Assembly: GCA_050084515.1 (NCBI GenBank)
Contig: CM114271.1
Coordinates: forward strand, 24,614,001-24,678,000
DNA: 64,000 nucleotides
Source: Blasia pusilla
Lineage: Eukaryota
Direction of reading: 5' to 3'
How positions within the stretch are numbered: the stretch's first letter is position 1; each line of letters starts with the position of its first letter. Under the pieces are notes generated by a model. The model did not search any database, was not told the DNA's origin, and saw only the letters and a list, made by a program, of their open reading frames with translations. The translations under genes and the position numbers were made by a program. Shown piece after piece: positions 50,309 through 64,000 of this stretch.

Positions 50309-50501
50309 CGTATCAAAATGAGAGGGTTTCATTGCATTATTAATGGGGAGTGTCTCCTCAATTTGAGATCTCTTCTATTTCCAACACGTGTCTTTTTAAA
50401 CCAATAAAATCATTGGATGTTTAAGCCAATAGTGCATTTAAGATGGGTAATTCCAAATTATATAATATTCAATTGTGCACTGGGTAATTCCAAATTGTAT
50501 A

Positions 50502-50527
50502 CCCGTGCTTCACACGGCATTGGCTAG
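50502..50527 (+). mobile_element. Helitron-like 3' terminus
   Basis: Hairpin CCGTG-CTTCA-CACGG then CATTGG-CTAG|T. 5' end uncertain; TCTATCACTACT at ~50200 or ~50270 is a candidate. Confidence 0.55.
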
Positions 50528-51989
50528 TCTATTGAGGTGAGTGTCCTACATATCATTCCTCCTCCTTTGATAGTATAGAATCATAGATGCAAACTATTAT
50601 GAAAGATCTAAAAAGAAAAAGAGGAGGGTACAAATTCTTTAAGAAAATTAAGAGATAGGGATTGGAGTTGGATAAGATCATTTTTTCCCCCCAAAACAAG
50701 TTAGTGGGAGGGATGGAAAAAAATTCCATTAAATGAAATTTACACAAAAGTGGTTGAGAAAGAGATTAACAAGAAAGGGAGGCTAATTACTTTTTCCAAT
50801 ATAAAGAAGGTAAAGGGGTGAGGGTTTTTTTTTTAAAGGGGGTTCATAAAGGTTTTGCACTCATTACCTCTAATCTTATAGAACTATAAATTATAAATTT
50901 ATATCAATTTTTTTCATATCATCATCCCCCTCCTCACACACAATCACATATTCACTCTTAAATAATTGAAATGCTACATATTTATAAGTTTTAAATTAGA
51001 ATCCATAAAATTTAGAAAGGTGCACTTCTTAGCTTGTCAACATATTTTGGGACTACAATGTTTTTATAATTTTTTTCAACTTAAACTTGAAAAGAATAAT
51101 AACAAAAAACAAGTAGACCAAGTTATAATATTATTGTACTCCTACTAGTGTAAAGCACAAACATATTACACAAGTGGAGTGCATTTATATAAAAAAATCA
51201 TTTTCCATGCTTTGAGAAAATAGTCATATAGGAAAAGAATGACTAAAAGGATAGAGAAAATAGATATTCAATTTTTATGATTTAATTTCAAACGATCTTA
51301 TTGCTTCTGAAAGAGTGTGATCTTATTGGCTAAAAGTGTCAAGGAGAAGTGTTTGCAAAATGAAAGGGCACGCTCCCTTAATAATATAGACATATTACCA
51401 CATCCTCCTCATTTTGAAAGAAACAAAGAAAAACAAATCTCCTTTCCTTTCATTCCATAAACCCAATGGATTACTAATGTCGTGCGGATACATGTCACTC
51501 CCAACACACATCGATTGACGTACACATGAGTCTAAGATCCGTATAATTATAAATCCTACCACAACTATGCATAAACAACTAGAAACATTAAGTTTACCCC
51601 AATCAATTCGAGCTCATTCTTATTCAAGAGAGTTAAGGCCCACTATAATGACATGGTTGCACCGTATCACCGATCCCAACAAGGGTCTCATCAAAGGAAG
51701 ATCAATTCCAAATCAACATTATCAAGATTATACCCCTCTACGCTCCTCCATAGGTGACATGTGCACCCATGTTGCCTTCTCCTAGCAAGTCACAAACAAC
51801 CTGAAGTACACAATGTACTCAAACTCTCCAATCAAGTATGGTTTTCTCACAAAGAACACTACCTCGCATGCCAACTAATCTTAAGCCTTGTATGCCCAAG
51901 TGACACTATATAAAGACTCAGGCATCCTAGCATACACTTGTTCCACCAAAATAAGGCTAACCTCTAGAAGGTTGTCACTCCTCATAAAT

Positions 51990-54900
51990 ATAATATAAAC
52001 TTTAATAGAAACTTGGATGGAAAACCCATTGGGATACACAAGAGGGGGGCATAGAGAGCCAAAAATCCCGTGGGCCAAAAGCGTCCCTAAAGAGATAGAA
52101 GGGGGCCTTCCCCTTTAACGACCAAACTCACCAACATGAGAGACAATATCAGAAACACCTAGAGAACCATGGCTACTACTAAGTGGGCCTCTAGCATTGG
52201 CGTCTCCAACCGCCTCAGCTAGCCGCAAAAGCCCATTTTCTTGGGCACATTGCAAAGCTACGGAGACTCCTTTCCTACAATAAAGAATCGCAGTAGCTAA
52301 GGACAACCCATTTCTTGACTGAAGATGATGGGCGCAATCCGTAAGGAATGAGTCAACCCTCTTCCCCATAGCCCCGTACATCTCAATGGAGGGGGGTAAA
52401 TCGATGTCCATCATGAAGTCGACTATAAATGTGGGTCTTCTTTACCGCCGTTGCTCCTTATAGCAATCTCTCTTGTGCCACCACTTGGGCTCGCACCACC
52501 TCCTATGTAGGATCCGTCACTACAACATCCGCTACCACCACCTCAAACTCCCGCGTCATACAGAGATCAGCACGGATAAGGGGATCCCGCATCTCTCTGT
52601 GCACATGGAAGCCACTCTCTTGAGCAATACAGAACATAATATCCCACACTGCATCATGAATGGCTATCCTCTCAACCCCAACTAGAAACCGTGCCAAATG
52701 CACACCAAGTGGATCAAGACTCCGAAGACACTCGCAATGTGTCCAACCAACCACCGATGGTTGGGAGAGGCCCAATCGGAACCGCATGGCTATAGTGTAG
52801 GTAGGTGGTGCGATGCGGAAAGCTCTGATGAGGGGGCGAGCCCCCACCCATGAGCTGCCCCCTTTCCGGAGCAAGAGAGAATACGGGCCCGAAACTCCAT
52901 GGGGATATTCCCATCCAACATAATAGCTCTAAACACTGCCTCAAAGTGGGCTTCCATCAAAGAAGATTGGAGCCCAGACTATCCGGAGGTAACTAGAGAA
53001 GAGAAAGTGGGAAGAATTGCTCTAGCCTCAACTAGAAGGGAGTCTTTACAAGCTGTGAGTGAAGATTGAAGTGGGAAAAGGCCATCCTCAACCTGGGAAA
53101 CGTATTGTGAAATGAGTGGTCTATCCCTAACCAAAAATTGGGAGCAAAAGACGGGTGCTTTAGTGGCCCAACTCCCTAAAAAAACTAAAGACGCCACTAA
53201 CTCAGTCGCTATAAAACCTACTCCCCCAAAGGCAATCGGCCAAGAAGCCTGTCTACTAGCTAACTCCTCCACGGGGCACTCTAAGGAGCCGGGTCCTAGT
53301 AGATCCCCAAACGCCTACATGATCTTTCTATCAAAGGATATATACAAGGAAGAAATATGGCTAGACCCCCACACGGTTTTACAAAGATAACTAGATCTAC
53401 GAGCGAAACATGATGAGAGGATGCCATAAGCTACTTGAGGGTCACCAATCCTCGTGAGATCGTTGATGTGGAGAAGATCCTCGGTAAGATCCGCCGCCAC
53501 AAAACTCGATACAAAGTCTTGGATCCCAAGTGGGACTCCCAAGATGCGAAGCCCTCCAACAGGTGTCAAGAATCCATCGGGTAAATAAATATTAGCCGAC
53601 AAGCCTGATGGAGACCGAGCCTTGCACTTTCACACCTTCACTGCGATGCCGACAAGTGCCAACTATGCTAAAAAGTGCTGACATGCAAGAACAATCTGGT
53701 CTCTAGGGCCAACAATGTGAGTATCATCTGCCAACGAAGGGAAAATGCAACATGGGAAAGCCTCCACCGTAGAAAGAACTGCTTGATAATGAGCCAAAGC
53801 AAACAATGCACCACCCAAGGGGTCACCTTGACGAGCCCCGGTAGAAGACTCCAAATCCATGACCTCCTCCTCAAACCTACCATGGTGAAAATAGAGGGCC
53901 GAAGGGGCCCCATAGAAAGCTTGCACAAAGGGAATCAGGCTCGCAATAGGACCCCCTTAGTCTCTCAACTCCGTGAAGATAGTTGCCCAAGACACTAAGT
54001 TGAAGGCGTTCTCCACGTCAACTTGGAGAATCTCTCACTCATGATGTATATCCAGACAAGCCCTCAAACCTAAGGTTATAGTCTCACAACCGACTGGTGT
54101 GGCAACTCCGAATTGGTGCAGACTCATATATGACTGGAAAGCCTCACGGAATTGCAAAGCGATAGTGCGACTCACCAACCGTAAGAGCACCTCACCTATG
54201 GCAATCGGACGGATCCCTCCACCCTCCTTCAACAACGCCAAAAGTCGCCACGCCCCCAATACTTGGGCCACTGTTGTTGGCACTCTCCCTTGAGCTAGGT
54301 GAGAGGCAACCTGAAGCAACTCGGGAAAGCCGCTAGTAGATTCCTCAAGGGGAAAGCAATCACGAAGGTGTTCGTACATCATACCGGAAAACCCTCCGGC
54401 TACTATCCTAGGGGAACGTCCAATTGTCCATGCAAAGAGGGACGGATCTAGGCACAAAGTCATGTCAAGATGGAAATCACGTCCAAAAGCTGGAATGTCA
54501 ACCGTTGGACGAGGATGTAACCTTCGGAGGGCATCGATGGTAACAGCGGAAGGAAGAGCCATGTCCATAGGGCGGAGCGCACAAGCCACTCGCGAGTACT
54601 CACATGCTCGTCTAAGTGTCCTACATTATCGCAACCTTTATCGTTGCTGCTACAAGATCATCCGTCGAGAAACCAAGTGAGGTGCTACCTCTAGCATACG
54701 CCACAAACTTGCTTTGCAGAGGCTCCCAATCGCCTCCTCGAAAATGCCGCAATCGGGCCACAACCTCTCTATGGCCAACCTTCCCCCTCCGGATATAACA
54801 AAGACACCATCATGGAAGGAGAAGTAGTAGATATCAAGAGAGCTTATCCATAGGATCAAGTGCAATCCTAGATAGAGGAAGGAGAAAATCCTGGTGGAGC

Positions 54901-55330
54901 TCATCCCGAATAGCATGGGGGATCCTATGAAACAACCTCGGGCAGGGAAAACGGGTCTCAAAGAGGCCTATGATGCTTCCAAGGTGAGACCTCGACCACT
55001 CCCATGCCTCGAGAGGGAGAGATGATGCATGAAGCACCAATGAGCATCCATGGTCGATTGGAGGAACCACCCATCCAAATCTATCAAAGTCAGGATGTTT
55101 AGGCGCTAAGTGGTTCCGAATTCTTGAACGAGTGAAGAATTCAAGACAACAAAGGCATTTCATATCTCGACCAGACAACCCATGGGCCCATATACGAGAG
55201 GCCGATGCGAGTCGAGGCATGGACACCTCTCACCAAGAAGAGAACATGATCCCCTCCATCAAACTCAAGAGACAACCCCCACCAAAATCCACCCAATAAC
55301 CCCCATTCGAACTAGCACTAATGGTAATCG
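51990..55330 (-). mobile_element. CRE-clade-like non-LTR retrotransposon (zinc finger + RT + restriction-like endonuclease), disrupted
   Basis: C2H2 CLCC..IRNHLAPKHP. LRRLHP, GFSGMMYEHL, KEGGGIRPIAIGEVLLRLVSR, QFGV, GARQGDPLG, SLADD, ILGVPLG, GGVG, RFRLG, CEC..HL..HD, RADL..VADV, KKTHIY, IEMYG. No APE domain. Boundaries approximate. Confidence 0.85.
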
Positions 55331-58300
55331 ACTCTCTTCCCGTCCACGGTAATGCTCCCCCTAGTATGAACTCTCATCTACCTTCCTCACCTAGGACTTA
55401 TGGCCCAATCCCTTCCCAAAACAAGCTAGAAGTAGTATGGAGGTACTAATAATGTGGAAAGTGAATAGACAACACCGGAGAAAAATGGATGGGAATAGAG
55501 GTCTACTTAAGGGTGGGATAACAGAGAAAAATATGGGTCAAACATCAGCAAGAAATATGCATGGCCAAAGGGAAAGACGTAGAGAAAAAGGGGTGGTGTG
55601 GAAGAACAACATGAGTTATCTTGGAAATATTCATAACATGACAACAAGGCAAGACAACAAAGGGAACCATAATACCAACATGAGAAACCCTAATAAGATC
55701 AAGAATCTAAAAAACACAATTAAAAAAAATACTTCACTTTAAGATTGATGATGTAGATCAAAACGTAGAGGAGACCGAGATCTCCGTTTTGGTATATCAC
55801 ACGACCCACCTCCCTCCTCCTTCCCTCCGTGGCATCCTCCTCCACCATCCCCGTCCGCCACCCTCACCGCTCACGTCCGCCTCCATCCTCATAAAGGAAA
55901 GGATAACCTACCCTCACATGTCACCTCTTAAGACCAAGTCACATAAGACCTCTCAAAACAGGGAAGTACAAGATCCCTCTAAAGGCCTCAATTCTACCAT
56001 CGCATTAATCTCAAGGATCATCATATGTCCTCCATGTTATTTCTTATTCATGCATAAAAGAATAAATAAACATGGAATTCAAATACTCTTCTTGATCACT
56101 TTAAATACAAAAAAATTCATGTCCCTCTTATTATATTATGCTATTACACGCCTCTAGCGTGCATACGAAAACAAGTTTAGCTAGTTTTATGTATAGAATC
56201 GGGTCAAGACAATCATATCCATAAATTAAAAATTAAAAAATCAACTTAAATAAGATCTTCCCACATACATTCTTGAATATTTCCTTCTATGTTGTGTGAC
56301 AATACGGGAAATTTAATTTTTTCCTTAAAATATCCCCAAAGGAAGGTTGAGGGCTTGGTGGTAGTAGAAGTGGTGGAGATTAAAGAGATTTTGGATGCAT
56401 TGGATGAGAGCTCCATTATTTGGTGCTTGTTAGATGTAAGACATACGACAATTGCTAAGATTCTCACCTAGATGGGGCAATTAGAGTATAAGCTTGTTAC
56501 TTTGATGAGGATAAAAATATAGTTGTGGAGAGGGGGAGAGGATATATTAGAGTTGAAGTTCCATCTATTTTGATTAATTTCTCTTCGATGCCAATGGTAT
56601 TAAAAAATTCTACGGAGGCAACCCCAATCCATTGTTCGAGATTAGTGTGGACCAAGTATATTTAGAGTAGATGCACATCTTTACCAACAAGATGATCAAG
56701 AATGCGATGAGCCATTCATATTTCACTAGCTCATAGGTGAAGCAATAGTTCTATGTTGAGCATCAATTTGTATCACTTCCGCCACTTGGAAGATTTCTTG
56801 GACACAAAGTCCAATTGTAGTTCACTCAAATACTCCATATGACATTTTTGGCAATTCTCATGAGAAGGAGAGTGTCCTCCCTCCCCCCCCTCCCCATAAT
56901 AGGTACTTCTAGGGTTCCTTGGGGGAATCCCACCTTTCCCATTATCCCCCTCAGGCCCTTCATTTTGGCCCTCAAACGAACCATGATTTGCAACCCACGG
57001 ATCAGCGTTAGGCTAGTTATCCATCAAGATGGCTTGGCGGAGCTAGGCTTCTTGTAGCTTGTGCAATTATTGGCTCCCCAAATGCATCTTGGAGCTTGGA
57101 CCTATGTTTCATGTGTCTCATGGCTAGTGCCCATCTTGACTCCCTATTTGGAGTCTCATGGTTGTCTTGTTGCCCTTTGCGTTTCGTGACTAGTCTTGTG
57201 GTGTCTTTACTACTCAGGTGTTCCTTGCTTCTTGCCCTTGACTTGGCACTTGGCTCCAAGGTCTCAATTTTTTTCTTGCCTTGTATTTTCCCCCATGTCG
57301 TGTGCCTACTCTCCTTGAACGTTAATCTTGTTGTTGCGGAAGCGTGCGTTTAGTAGGTCACGCTCTCAACACTAATCTGCATCCAAACACGCACTCTGGT
57401 TAGTCGGGTCTTGGATCAATTAGCGAGCTAACTTTCCGAGTTCTCACCTCGGTCTCTCATCAAACTCAACCTTCCTTGTTTCACGGTTTACAACACTGGC
57501 AAGTCTGGAAAGACTTGGGACACACTTTTTGGTTGATTCAGGAACCTCAAACGGCGTTTTGCGTTTGACGGTTTCAACTGTCGGATGGACATCCAATGAG
57601 TCCCTAACCGAAACTCGCACAAAGTGAATTTTGGGTTGGAATCCAAGTGTGTAATACAAAGCCCACTCCCTTGGATCAGGTTTGGGTTTCGAGTTCCAAC
57701 GCCAAATTTCCGTTCCATCCCATACCTCTGAGACCATGTTTGGTGCTCAAAGTGGGGATTCATGTTCTGAGACATCTTGGAGAGACTCCTCCCTTACTAG
57801 TACTTATGGGGATCTCCGGGGTTCCCTACATTTAGGGAAAAGACACCCGGGCCTCTCCAATTGGCCCTCAACCCGATTGCTCTCACAGTCATTTTCGGCG
57901 AATATCTGAGTCTTTACTTATGCATTTTCTGAGATCTTTGGTGCGTTGAAAGCGTCTCAAGATAAGATTTCCAATTCGCCCTTACTTGTTCCAAACGCAT
58001 CTTGGAGGTAAACTTTATGATCCAAAACACATTCAAATTCCCCATACGCTAGTCGTGTTCTAAAACTGGTTCTCACCTCTTTGGCAACCAACCTTCCAAG
58101 ACTCAACTCATCTCAAGTCTTGGCTCGTGTTTGGTCTAGGTTTCCTGGTCGCAACCACTATTGCATGAAACACACAACTTTGTTCCGCGTTTCGTCTCTT
58201 GGACTTTTCCAAGAGACCTTTCCAAAAGCCTCTCCAAAGCGCGATCATCGCAGCGTGAGTCCACTTGAGTTCTGATGTTTTGCTTGGCGCCTATTTGGTG

Positions 58301-58379
58301 TTGTTTGGTTACAAGGGTCGTGACATCCCGCAAGTAGCTACGCCCCTTTCTCACTTAAGGCTTGTCACAAGACAATTGC

Positions 58380-60762
58380 GCATCTCGCATAGCAGTTGTC
58401 TTGCAGTTGGTTCCACTGCCCTTCCTCAAAAACACTGCATCTAAGTTCTTTTCGTGCCACAGGGATAGAAGTGTTAGGAGGTTGCCTTGTAATGGGTGGT
58501 TTGACTTTGAATGCAAGCAAGCAAGGGCACGATCAGTTGATAAATCTTTTGATATCCAAAGTCGGATTATTATGACGAGCCTTTACAAATACTTGGTGAA
58601 ATCTAAGAAACGAGCTTTCTTGCGGTGGAAGCAAGAGTCCTTGACCACGGAGCTGCATGAGGATCCCAAATCATTTTGGAGACGGTTAGTAGTACGGTCT
58701 TCAAAACCTACTCTTGATCCCAAGTCTTTGATATCTTTTGCCGAAAAGCTCTATTTCTTCCCCGACGCTACATCTATGCCACGTTGTGAAGGAATATTTG
58801 GCTTATTCTCTGAAGCATAGGTGATGACTCAACTAAGAAGATTAGCGAATGGTAAATGTGAGGATTTGGATGGTCTTTCTATTGAACTTTTCAAGTGGGG
58901 AGGAGATTGTATTGGACCGATCCTCACCAAAGTATTGGGTGATGCTATTAGCTATGGTTTTCCTTCAACTTGGTCGCTACGGGAGATTGTTCCTATTCAC
59001 AAATCACGAAGGAAGGACTTGGTAACAAACTATCGCACTATCATGGTGGGTAGTGTTTTTGCCAAGTTGTTTGGGAAATTGGTGGAGTCAAAATTGAGCA
59101 CATGGACATAGTCTTTCCAAAAGAGAGCACGGGTGCAAGCTGGTTTTCGTCCAACATACAACACCATCAACCATATCTTGGCCTTGCGTGTTTTATGGGA
59201 GAAATCTAAGGGCAATGGAAAAGCTTTATTTTGCGGTTTCATCAATTTCAAGAAAGATTTTGATACTGTACCTCGTAAGCTCTTATGGGAAAGGCTGCAA
59301 GCCATTAGAGTACCACCAAATCTCCTAGCAGCCATGGCCACGTTATACCATTCCGTTCAGGCCAAGATCAAAGGTTCACAAACTCAAGAGATCTTGAGTA
59401 CAATCGGAGTCATTCAAGGTTGCCCTCTCTCCCCTCTTCTCTTTGGAGTTTTCATAGATGATATCTAAAAGTGGTTGGAGGAATGTGATAGTGAAGGTGT
59501 CAAGCTTGGGGACTTTGTCATCAAAGCTCTATTGTATGCAGATGATATCATATTACTAGCACGTGATGGCATTAGTTTACAAAAACACCTCGACACTTTG
59601 GCAAGGTTTTGTATCCAGAATCATATGGAGGTTAATATGGACAAATCTAAAGTCATTATAGTAGGTACTAGATCCAAGTTCTCATTCTTTTACAAAGGTC
59701 TAGAAATAGAACAAGTGAAGAGTTACAAATATTTAGGCATCAATTTCTCTAATGACTATAGTTGGGCACTTTGCGTGCAGAAGAGAGCAGAAGCTGGTTA
59801 CAAAGCTCTATATTCATTTTTAAACCGGTGTAGAAGAGCTCATCTTGTATCTTGGAATCTTATGAAATTCTTATTTAGGAGCTTAGTGTTGCCAGTGGTC
59901 TTATATGGGACCCAAGTTTGGGGCCCTAGTTGTAAGAAGACAGGTTGGGAGCGCGTGGAGAGGGTGCAAAAGATCTTTCTATAAGAAGAATTGGGTGTAA
60001 GAAACCAAACTCCGTATGCTATTCTTCTTGCGGAAACAGGTTGTCTTCCTCTAGAGGCTGAAGCTCTTTACTTGACCATCACTTACATCGCAAGGGTGAG
60101 ATCTCTTGATGTTTCTCGCCTCCCTCGTCAAGCTTTGCGAGCCACACGTTCCATAGGGTGGATGGCGGATGTGGTGACTTGGTCTTCGAAGTGGAATGTG
60201 GCGGAACGCGATTGGGACTTGAAATCGATGGCCCTCTGCGAGCAATTTCTCAACATTATTTGAAGGAGCCAAGGCACCAAAATGGATTAACAACTGCATG
60301 TTAATCCTGTGCTTGTATATTGTGAACAAGGATACCTACTTGCGGGGATCTCCACGTTCTTACGTCATATTATCGCACAACATATAACTGGGTCTCATAG
60401 GCTAGGAATTGAGGAAGGACGATGGTTTAATATTGATAGAAGTGAACGAATTTGTAGGTTATGTGACGGAGAAAATATTGAGGATGAAGAGCATATGTTT
60501 GTTACATGTCCAAGGTATGAAGAGATTAGACTAGCTTATAAAATAGATGTGGAGAATTTTTATTCTTTACTATAGCTAGTGCCTTATGATTTAGGTTGTT
60601 ATATTAGGGACGTCATTATTCATTGCTCAAGTGCTCTAGGCAGTAGCTAAGAGAAGGTCTTTAAGATCTTTTTGTGGGTCAGTGAATGAATGACTTGTAA
60701 TGTGTTTTCCAGCCTTTTGACCCTTTGGGTCCCACGGGCTTGATCTATTTACCATTTACCAT
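58380..60762 (+). mobile_element. LINE family C (RTEX-like, related to family B), 5'-truncated, with in-frame stops
   Basis: WFDFECK, NYRTIMVGS, QAGFR, FINFKKDFDTVPR, GVIQGCPLSP, LLYADD, YKYLGI, GSHRLGIEEGRW..RICRLC..EDEEHMFVTC. 3' hairpin GACCC-TTT-GGGTC and (ATTTACC)2 tail. Confidence 0.9.
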
Positions 60763-63700
60763 ATTCTCGCGACAAGCTAGTCTAGGTTTCAACTTGAGTG
60801 GGTCACACCAAGATCTTTCATACTTAGACCTACGATCATGACTCACTTCTTAGGTGCTTGTAGACTTAGCTATTTGCAACGCTTTTGTATTCAAAAAGTG
60901 GTTGTTATTTGCAAAATGCTAGCAAAGAAATCACAAAATATTTATTTGCAAAAGTTGTACTTGCAAAGCATATGCTCAAGCAAAAAATAGACTTGCAAAA
61001 TATCCAAAAATGACTTTTCAAACCCCTTTTACGTTTTTGTATACATTCTTACCTGTTCATTTAAGGTTACTCTATTCTTTGTACATGATTATAGATCTTG
61101 TACAATTAGTAGTTTCCTTAAACACTTCATTACAACCATGAACAGTTGTTGCACTAACAAATTGGACTCTCTTTTCATGATACATGACATGCCTCCTCGT
61201 TGCCACATCACATTTTTCAAATAAGGTTCACCATTGATATGGCAATTGCAAACATCCTAATTGCATTTTCTTTGCCATTTCTATGTTTCAATTCAATTCT
61301 ATGTTTCAATTTTGCCCATTTCTTTTGTGTTGAATTCCTTGCGTTTTGCTCTTTAGCCTCGTCAAATTTTCAACACCCTTCAAATTTGATTCATCCTTTG
61401 ACTCCAATTCTAAAAAAGAGGGGAAAAGAAAACAAAACATTTCTTTTGATCTTCATGATGTAAAACCAATGACAAGTTGGCGGTTGTATACGTTGTGTGA
61501 TGATGTGTATATACACAATATCCACATAATCAAGAAAAGTAGGGTATTTTATATTGCCACGTCGATTCATCCAATAATTTAGAGTTTGCCATAAAAGAAC
61601 ATTCTTCTTTCCAAGGTATCCTTGTAGCAAATCTTGTCTCTTTGACATAAGCATTTGCACTTGGCTACTTTCCTTTTGTCTTTGCATTTTGAAGTGAAGA
61701 TTAGATATAATCAATCGATTTAACATTCATGTTTTTACGTCCTTTGTTTATGGGACACATGTCTCTCTATGGATTAAATATCTTTCAAACTTCTTAAAAC
61801 TCTTGGTCCCATTTAGCTTCAACTTTGGAATTTCAACTTTCCAACTTGGAGGGAGGACTCCCACTAGTAGGCCATAGGTCTTTGCATAGTATAAATGAGG
61901 ACATTTGGAATGACTTGCAAAATTTGTTCCTTATTCTATACCAAACACAAGTTTACCATAGCCGACCTCACAAGTGACTGTATGGGCGCAAATGATTTCA
62001 TTTTCGAAAGTGTGTTTTCTTAGACAAAAAAATCAGGGGTCACATAACCTCCACCTTACATCCTCACGTATATAGAATCAAAATATCCATCATATTTTTG
62101 AACGTATCCCCAAAATTCTTATTTAAAAAAAGTTTCGAGTATTTTCATGACTTTTTATTTTCCACTCTAACAATATAATTCTTACTCTATGTGACTATTT
62201 TGGAAGCCTCCACATGTTCCATATTGTCTATTCAACTTTAACACTTATGGACGCATGAAAATCTTTCCATTCGCCAATTACTCAATGAAGCTTTTTCCTT
62301 CCACATAGGGATGAGAGAGGTGGAAATCTCACCTAAAGACGGTAAAGGCAAGTAACAATTGTGTGGCCCCATGGAGGAAGGGACAAGCCATTGATAGGGT
62401 GGGGACCAAGAGGACGATAAGAAGTAGGGAACCCCAACTAGCTGAAGTACTTACGTAATGTAAGATCCTATGGTGTGGGGTCAAGGATATGGATTTTCAA
62501 GAATCAACTCCATGGGAAAGTTGGAAGGTACATGTGGTTCTTGTCTATTTGGGAGGGCATGGCAAGTCCATGTCTATACATTCTCGAGTGTCTTATGTAG
62601 CCACCAAATATAGGACGTAGTATGGGAAGGGTGGGGCTTCGGTTAACACCTGATTAAGTTTGTGATTAGGCCGTCCATAAGCATCTCTTGGTGTTGGGAG
62701 GCACTATAGAATCGAGAAACTCCAGTTTCCATGCGAAGGGAGTGAATGTTAAAGAAAATGCCGTGTCATGAGGTTTAATATTTAATAGTGTGTTAAAATG
62801 GGTGTACATGGGAACAAGTCTACATGAGAAGATCACAGTCAGTCATATAATAATGGTGCTGTTAATTCACTCCAACGGCACAAATAAATACGTCTGCAAA
62901 TTATTATATGGGAAAGCAATCTCGAGGGGGTAAGACGAGCAACCATTGAAAAAAGAAAAGAAAAAGGAAAATGTAAACTCTACTAACCCATAGCCCATGG
63001 TAACAATCCGTCTAGCTTTGATCGTGTTAAAATGAAGAATTGATTGCCATTAGTTCGTTCTCTCCCAGGTAAAAATCGGTCAACTTCTTAAAATTATGTT
63101 GACACCGGTTCTAATCAAACTATCCAACATAACCCTTGATTGAACATAACAGCTCATTAGAGAGGGTGGGAAGAAGTTCCATAGCAACGTCCAAGGAGGA
63201 TAGGGCCCATGTAGAACCAGTCGGTTTAAAAAATGATTATTATAATTTTACAAAAACGACAAGAAACATTTGTTGGAAAGAAGAATAAACATCCGCTCGG
63301 ATTGGGTAAATACCGTTTAAAAATATAAATTTATTTATTTTTGTCATGGTTTCGCCATGAAAACTCCTAGGGGATAAGAAAAGAGAGTGTGTCGTTAGCT
63401 ACTAGTTAACTCTCCTTGCCACATGACAATAATTACGATCATTGTCAACAACTTAATAGAAGAAATTAACTATCCTACTTAACCATTCAGTTATTAGTCG
63501 TCTACATGCGATAGCTGGGCGAGAAGTTTCAATAAAATGGATTAGAGAAGTGGGCGTACTACAACTAATTATTTCTTCCCGCCATAATCCTTCCATGAGC
63601 TTCTACCAATCATTTTGATCCATCTCAAAAGTCTATTAAAAGACATAAGTGATCTTACTTGACACTTAAATTATAGCCATGGAAAGATCAAGAAGACACG

Positions 63701-64000
63701 AAAAAATACCTAGTGGATAAGAGAAGCAATCATGTAATTACAAAAGCCACCATTTACCTCTCCCTCCTAGAGTCCATAAATCGAGTCATAAAGTGGTTTT
63801 CATAACTCAAAAATACTATTAAACCATTAAACTAAATTTACTCTCTTGCTTAAAGACTGAAAGGTCACCATAGAACATGACGAAGTTCCAAGTGGATTAG
63901 AACAGCCAGTAAGTATGGACGGCTCTATTAGCTCTCAAAGCTAGTGAAAAGGAAAATTTACTACTCTCCCTAAAAATCTTATTAAAAGAGAAAAAAATCT

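Noticed and set aside
61200-61960. hAT transposase relic on the - strand (QILQVI, ETRFAT)
   Set aside because: Two short motifs and no TIR or TSD; not distinguishable from chance by eye.

Overview
Eukaryotic land-plant genomic DNA, probably a non-seed plant (inferred only from the TE repertoire). Three intact genes: an intronless LISCL/SCL14-type GRAS factor (-), an 11-exon COP9 signalosome subunit 3 (+) and an 8-exon DCP1 (-). A possible fourth gene runs off the left edge. The rest is largely TE-derived: a complete but decayed Ty1/copia element (326-bp LTRs, ATATG TSD), a Ty3/gypsy relic ending in a PHD finger, a CRE-type retrotransposon with a restriction-like endonuclease, three families of APE/RT LINEs (RTEX-like) and Helitron-like ends. 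The most notable pattern is LINE targeting of CT-rich tracts. Three LINEs are stacked head-to-tail through (CT)n linkers in CSN3 intron 8. The structured ~40-50 nt 3' tip of one family recurs alone, with TSDs, in CT tracts at both other genes. There is also an unexplained 26-bp-stem hairpin with a third arm copy at ~40.1 kb. All alignments were done by eye, so TE boundaries are approximate.
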